Assembly (NCBI GenBank): GCA_033763315.1
Contig: JANRKS010000002.1
Span: 448,001 to 512,000, forward strand
Source: Deltaproteobacteria bacterium
Lineage (GTDB): Bacteria; Myxococcota_A; Polyangia; Fen-1088
DNA length: 64,000 nt
Reading direction: 5' to 3'
Of this stretch, positions 60,031 to 64,000 are shown in pieces. Both the position numbers and the translations under genes were made by a program. Numbering within the stretch: position 1 is the first letter of the stretch; every line of letters begins with the position of its first letter. Under the pieces are notes generated by a model. The model saw only the letters and a list, made by a program, of their open reading frames with translations. It ran no database searches and had not been told where the DNA came from.

Positions 60031-60972
60031 CTAGATGAAAAGGGAACTGATGGAGTCCCCGGTGTGAATGCGTTTGACCGCTTCGCTAAGCAGCGGTGCG
60101 ACTGACAAGACCTTGATCTTCGTGCAGTCCAAAACTTCTTTTCGATGCGGGATGCTGTCCGTCACGATCACTTGATCAATCGGAGCCGCGGCGATGCGCT
60201 CGACGGCGGGGCCGGATAGCAGGCCGTGCGTACAGCAAGCGTGAACCGAACGAGCGCCTTGTTCTTTGATGGCGCGGGCGGCGGCGCACAGGGTGCCTGC
60301 CGTATCGATCAAGTCGTCAACGATGATGGCGTCGCGGCCTTTGACGTCACCGATGATGTTCACCACTTCGGCCACATTGGCGGCCGGGCGGCGCTTGTCG
60401 ATGATGGCCAGGCCACAGTTGAGGCGCTTTGAAAACGCGCGGGCGCGTTCCACACCACCGGCGTCGGGGGACACGATGACCGCTTGCGGGCCGAACTGCG
60501 ACTTCAAGTACTCCATCTGCACGGGCATCGCGTACAGGTGATCCACAGGAATGTTGAAGAAGCCCTGAATTTGGCCGGCGTGCAGATCCATCGCCAACAC
60601 GCGCGTGACACCCGCGGCGGTCAACACATCGGCGGCCAAGCGGGCCGAGATGGGCGTGCGGGGTTTGGTCTTGCGATCCTGGCGGGCGTATCCGAAGTAG
60701 GGGATGACGGCGTTGATCGAACCGGCCGACGCGCGGCGAAGGGCGTCGATCATAACCAGCAGTTCCATCAGGTTGTCGTTGACGGGCGTGCACGTGGGCT
60801 GAACCACGAAGCAGTTTACGCCGCGGACGTTCTCCTTGATTTCCACGTACACTTCACCGTCGGCAAAGCGCGTGACCTCGGCCCGACCCATCGGCACTTC
60901 AAGCTGCCGGCAAATCGATTCCGTCAACGCGCGGTGGGCGTTACCAGAAAAGATGGTGAGGGCTTTGAGCAA
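60031..60972 (-). CDS. prs: ribose-phosphate pyrophosphokinase (start uncertain)
   Basis: [41 protein letters not shown]. Confidence 0.97.
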   Translation of the reverse strand: MLKALTIFSGNAHRALTESICRQLEVPMGRAEVTRFADGEVYVEIKENVRGVNCFVVQPTCTPVNDNLMELLVMIDALRRASAGSINAVIPYFGYARQDRKTKPRTPISARLAADVLTAAGVTRVLAMDLHAGQIQGFFNIPVDHLYAMPVQMEYLKSQFGPQAVIVSPDAGGVERARAFSKRLNCGLAIIDKRRPAANVAEVVNIIGDVKGRDAIIVDDLIDTAGTLCAAARAIKEQGARSVHACCTHGLLSGPAVERIAAAPIDQVIVTDSIPHRKEVLDCTKIKVLSVAPLLSEAVKRIHTGDSISSLFI

Positions 60973-61154
60973 CAGGGGAACTCCGCGGTTTTGCTTGGCT
61001 GGCCACATCCGGACGCCAAGAGGCGCGAATACTGCCACTCGGGGGTATGAGTGTCAATCAGGATGCATCGCGTCTTTTGAGGGGCCTTGGCCTAGCAGGG
61101 TTTGTCAAAACGGACGCCAGGCTGTAGGAGATAGCGGCAACCCCCGCAACTCCC

Positions 61155-61940
61155 ATGCTTCCCTACTTTGAACAACCAAAATTGCACCTTGGCCCCCTGA
61201 CCATCCACGCGTTTGGCGCCCTGGTCGCCACGGGCGTCTTGGTGGGGACCGAAGTGCTTAAGCGTCGCGCCAAAACGCAGTCACTAGATGTCCTTCTGGC
61301 GGTGCGCTTCTTGACCTGGGTCCTGGTGGGCGGCTTCATCGGGGCGCATTTGATCGATCGGTTTGTCTACTTTCCCCAGGCCACGCTCGCGGATCCGCTT
61401 TCGATTGTGAAGATTTGGAATGGCCTGTCGTCATTCGGCGGCTTCGTGGGCGCCATAACAGGTGCGGTATTGTTCATCCGCAAAGGCTTTCTCGGTGACA
61501 AGACGTGGTCGTACCTTGATCTGGTGGCCTATGCGTTCCCGGTGGGCTGGGTGTTTGGCCGCACGGGTTGTTTCGTGGCGTTCGACCACCCAGGTTCGCC
61601 AACGGATTTCTTCTTGGGCCAGGCCGAAGGTCCGGGGCTGCCGCCGATTCACAACCTGGGTTTGGAAGAGGCCATTTACACCCTGGTGCTCATCGCCGCG
61701 ATGTTCATTACGGGACGCCAACACCGCTTTCCGGGCTTTTTCGTCGGCTTGTTGGCGGTGCTTTACGCGCCCGTGCGCTTCGCCTTGGACTTCATGCGCA
61801 AGGTTGACGTGCGCTATGGAGGTTTGACGCCCGGCCAGTGGGGCTCGATCATTTTGCTGTTTGTGGGCCTGTACATTTGGATGCGTCAGTCCCGCAAGGC
61901 TGGCACCGCCGCGGTGGCCGCCAAACCGGCGCGCGCTTAG
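61155..61940 (+). CDS. lgt: prolipoprotein diacylglyceryl transferase
   Basis: GLSSFGG, FGRTGCF...DHPG, RFALDF, LTPGQW; multi-TM. Confidence 0.85.
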   Translation: MLPYFEQPKLHLGPLTIHAFGALVATGVLVGTEVLKRRAKTQSLDVLLAVRFLTWVLVGGFIGAHLIDRFVYFPQATLADPLSIVKIWNGLSSFGGFVGAITGAVLFIRKGFLGDKTWSYLDLVAYAFPVGWVFGRTGCFVAFDHPGSPTDFFLGQAEGPGLPPIHNLGLEEAIYTLVLIAAMFITGRQHRFPGFFVGLLAVLYAPVRFALDFMRKVDVRYGGLTPGQWGSIILLFVGLYIWMRQSRKAGTAAVAAKPARA

Positions 61941-63094
61941 CGAAAGCTGTCGTGGTACGCGGTGTCCTCCACGCCAACCGCCGTGGTGGTGGCCTGCAGT
62001 GGTTTGAACGTATCCAACATCACGGCAAGCTCAGTTGTTTCTTTGCTGCCAACGCTGCCTTCATAGGCGCCGGGGTGGGGGCCATGCGGAATGCCGGCGG
62101 GGTGGTGCGACAAGCTGCCCGCGCCCACGCCCTTGCGTGAAGTGAAATTACCGTCGCAATAAAACAGCACCTCATCGCAATCCACGGACGAGTGCGGGTA
62201 GGGGCACGGGATCGCCTGCGGGTGAAAGTCGAGCGGGCGCGGCACGAAGCTGCACACCAAGGCGCCGCGTGTGGCGAAAGTGCCATGCCACGTGGGTGGC
62301 AAATGCACGAGGCCCACGCGGGGTTGGAAAGCGCGAATGGGAAACACGAAGGGATAAACGCTGCCATCCCAGCCAACCACGTCCAGGGGCGATTCATCGT
62401 AGGCGAACGCATCGAAGCGGCCTTGGCGCTTGACCACGATGTCGCGCAAGCCTTCGTCACGTGGCCCCTCAAACGCGGGCCCACGGAAATCGCGGTGGCA
62501 AAACGGCGCGTCCATGCGCAGTTGCCCGTGTTCGTTGCGCCACTGCTTCGGCAGATGCAGCCCACCCGCGCATTCAATGCCAAGCCAATGCTGGTCGATG
62601 CCTTTGTCAGGGATAAACCGGTGGATAAGGCCTCGCGGCACGGCGACGTAATCGCCTGCAGAGAACGCCACATCGCCCAGCACCGTTCGCAATAAACCGC
62701 TGCCCTTCAAGATGAAAAAAAGATCATCGCCGTCCCCGTTGGCGAAATAGGCTGGGTCTGGCTTGTTGGGAAACAGCGTGGCGATGGCGACGTCGTCGTT
62801 GAACAACAACACGTGGCGGCCGTTCAGGACCGCGCCTTGCCGATCGGTGAGCCCCTGGGTTTTGTAGTGCCGCCGACGTAGGGGCCGCGGCGGTGCTGGC
62901 GTGGCCGGTGCCGAGCCCAAGCGCGCGTCTGTGGGCCGCGCGGTGTGAGGGGCACGCTGGTGATACATGATGGTGTACGGCCCATCGAAGCCTTCGCGTG
63001 TGAGGCACTCTTCGTACATCAGGGCGCCACCGTCGCCGCGCAAGGCTGTGTGGTGTTTGGGCGGCAAAAGCCCATGGGCGCGTCGTTCGATCAT
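61937..63094 (-). CDS. hmgA: homogentisate 1,2-dioxygenase
   Basis: NGDGD, DVVGWDG, HLPPTWH, CSFVPR, PYPHSSVDCDE, HGPHPG. Confidence 0.9.
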   Translation of the reverse strand: MIERRAHGLLPPKHHTALRGDGGALMYEECLTREGFDGPYTIMYHQRAPHTARPTDARLGSAPATPAPPRPLRRRHYKTQGLTDRQGAVLNGRHVLLFNDDVAIATLFPNKPDPAYFANGDGDDLFFILKGSGLLRTVLGDVAFSAGDYVAVPRGLIHRFIPDKGIDQHWLGIECAGGLHLPKQWRNEHGQLRMDAPFCHRDFRGPAFEGPRDEGLRDIVVKRQGRFDAFAYDESPLDVVGWDGSVYPFVFPIRAFQPRVGLVHLPPTWHGTFATRGALVCSFVPRPLDFHPQAIPCPYPHSSVDCDEVLFYCDGNFTSRKGVGAGSLSHHPAGIPHGPHPGAYEGSVGSKETTELAVMLDTFKPLQATTTAVGVEDTAYHDSFR

Positions 63095-63098
63095 GAGC

Positions 63099-64000
63099 TT
63101 AGGATATCCGACGCGACAGTTTTTGTTCGCGTTCAATGCTTTCAAACAGCGCACGGAAGTTGCCTGCCCCGAACCCGCGTGAGCCCTTACGTGAAATGAT
63201 CTCGAAGAAAAAGGGGCCTGCTGCGGGGTCATGGTGGAACGCAGCCGCCTCTTTCAAGAAGATTTGCAACAGATATTGTTTCGGGCCCTCTCCGTCCACC
63301 AAGATCTCAAGCGCGCGCAAAGTGGCGATGTCTTCATCGATGGTGCCCACGCCAAGCTTCACCAGACGCTCGGGGAGCGCGTCGAAGTATGTGCCGGGCG
63401 TGGGCATAAATTCCACGCCACGGGCGCGCAGGCCTGCCACCGTCTCGATGATGTTGCCCACGCTGAGCGCCGCGTGTTGCACACCATCACCGCGGTGATC
63501 TTCGGCAAACACGTTGATCTGCGAATTCTTGAACTGCGGCCGCAAGGGTTCGTTGCACGCGAACTTCAATCCCGAATCTGGATCCCACATCACCACCGAT
63601 TTGAGGCCCGATCCCGCTTGGCCGTGTTTGGCGACATCGTCAGTGTGAAACTTCACTTCCCAAAACGGCTCCCATCCCATCACATGCTGCATCCACAACA
63701 ACGCGGGCGACATGGTTTGGAAGTTGCTGGTGACATGATCGATCGCGCCAAACCCAAACGCGTTGTGGCCCCCCTCGGGCTGGCTTGCCCGCTCGAAGCC
63801 AGGGAACAGCGCTTGATAGCCATCACGTTGCACGAAGCGAAAGGTGGTGTCACCGAACGGTGTGGTGATCGAGAACATGGCCAGCGTTCCGTGATCGTCA
63901 ACAAACCGTTCGATGTCAGAGATGATCGTGCCGCCGCGCTTCTCCAGCAACGCAAAGGTGTGGCGGATGTCCTGCACCGCGAAGGTTAAGGTGCCCACGC
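63099..64000 (-). CDS. hppD: 4-hydroxyphenylpyruvate dioxygenase (5' end outside window)
   Basis: IDHV, NEP, SQI, GVQHAAL, YLLQIF, FFFEII, GFGAGNFRALFESIEREQ. Confidence 0.95.
   Translation of the reverse strand, partial: VGTLTFAVQDIRHTFALLEKRGGTIISDIERFVDDHGTLAMFSITTPFGDTTFRFVQRDGYQALFPGFERASQPEGGHNAFGFGAIDHVTSNFQTMSPALLWMQHVMGWEPFWEVKFHTDDVAKHGQAGSGLKSVVMWDPDSGLKFACNEPLRPQFKNSQINVFAEDHRGDGVQHAALSVGNIIETVAGLRARGVEFMPTPGTYFDALPERLVKLGVGTIDEDIATLRALEILVDGEGPKQYLLQIFLKEAAAFHHDPAAGPFFFEIISRKGSRGFGAGNFRALFESIEREQKLSRRIS

Noticed and set aside
60973-61154. tRNA-Gln often found upstream of prs
   Set aside because: No cloverleaf or TTCGA T-loop visible in this interval
1-64000. CRISPR arrays, transposases, integrases, retron RT or prophage genes
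   Set aside because: No regularly spaced repeats or recognisable mobile-element or defence proteins found; the only tandem repeats seen are short coding linkers

Overview
GC-rich chromosomal window, most likely from a myxobacterium (Myxococcota). The evidence is a myxobacterial-type PilZ protein, a double-FHA/TPR membrane protein, a Ser/Thr kinase, DUF1592/DUF1552 pairs, Cys-rich lipoproteins and ECF-FecR modules. Most of it is housekeeping: gltBD, pheA, thrA/thrC/cimA, pdxJ, rpsF-rpsR-rplI-dnaB, prs-rplY-pth, lgt and hppD-hmgA. I saw no CRISPR array, rRNA, tRNA or transposase. The strongest unexplained signals are regulatory or pseudo-enzymatic. (1) A sigma-54 activator gene is flanked by two complete minus-strand sigma-54 promoter architectures (-24/-12 box, IHF-like site, shared CGA-W4-TCG palindromes). 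One drives a stand-alone HisKA mini-protein plus an HDOD response regulator; the other points at a ~147-nt highly base-paired intergenic segment, a candidate sRNA. (2) Two adjacent ECF sigma modules each have a repeated bipartite promoter motif readable from the DNA: GTATCC-N16-CGTTC three times and TGAGCA-N16-GACACT twice. The first module is built around extracytoplasmic CBM48 domains. (3) A chorismate mutase-PDT-DAHP synthase fusion has lost all four DAHP synthase metal ligands. (4) A GlnR-like atypical regulator is divergent from gltBD. Family assignments come from motif recognition by eye, not from database searches.
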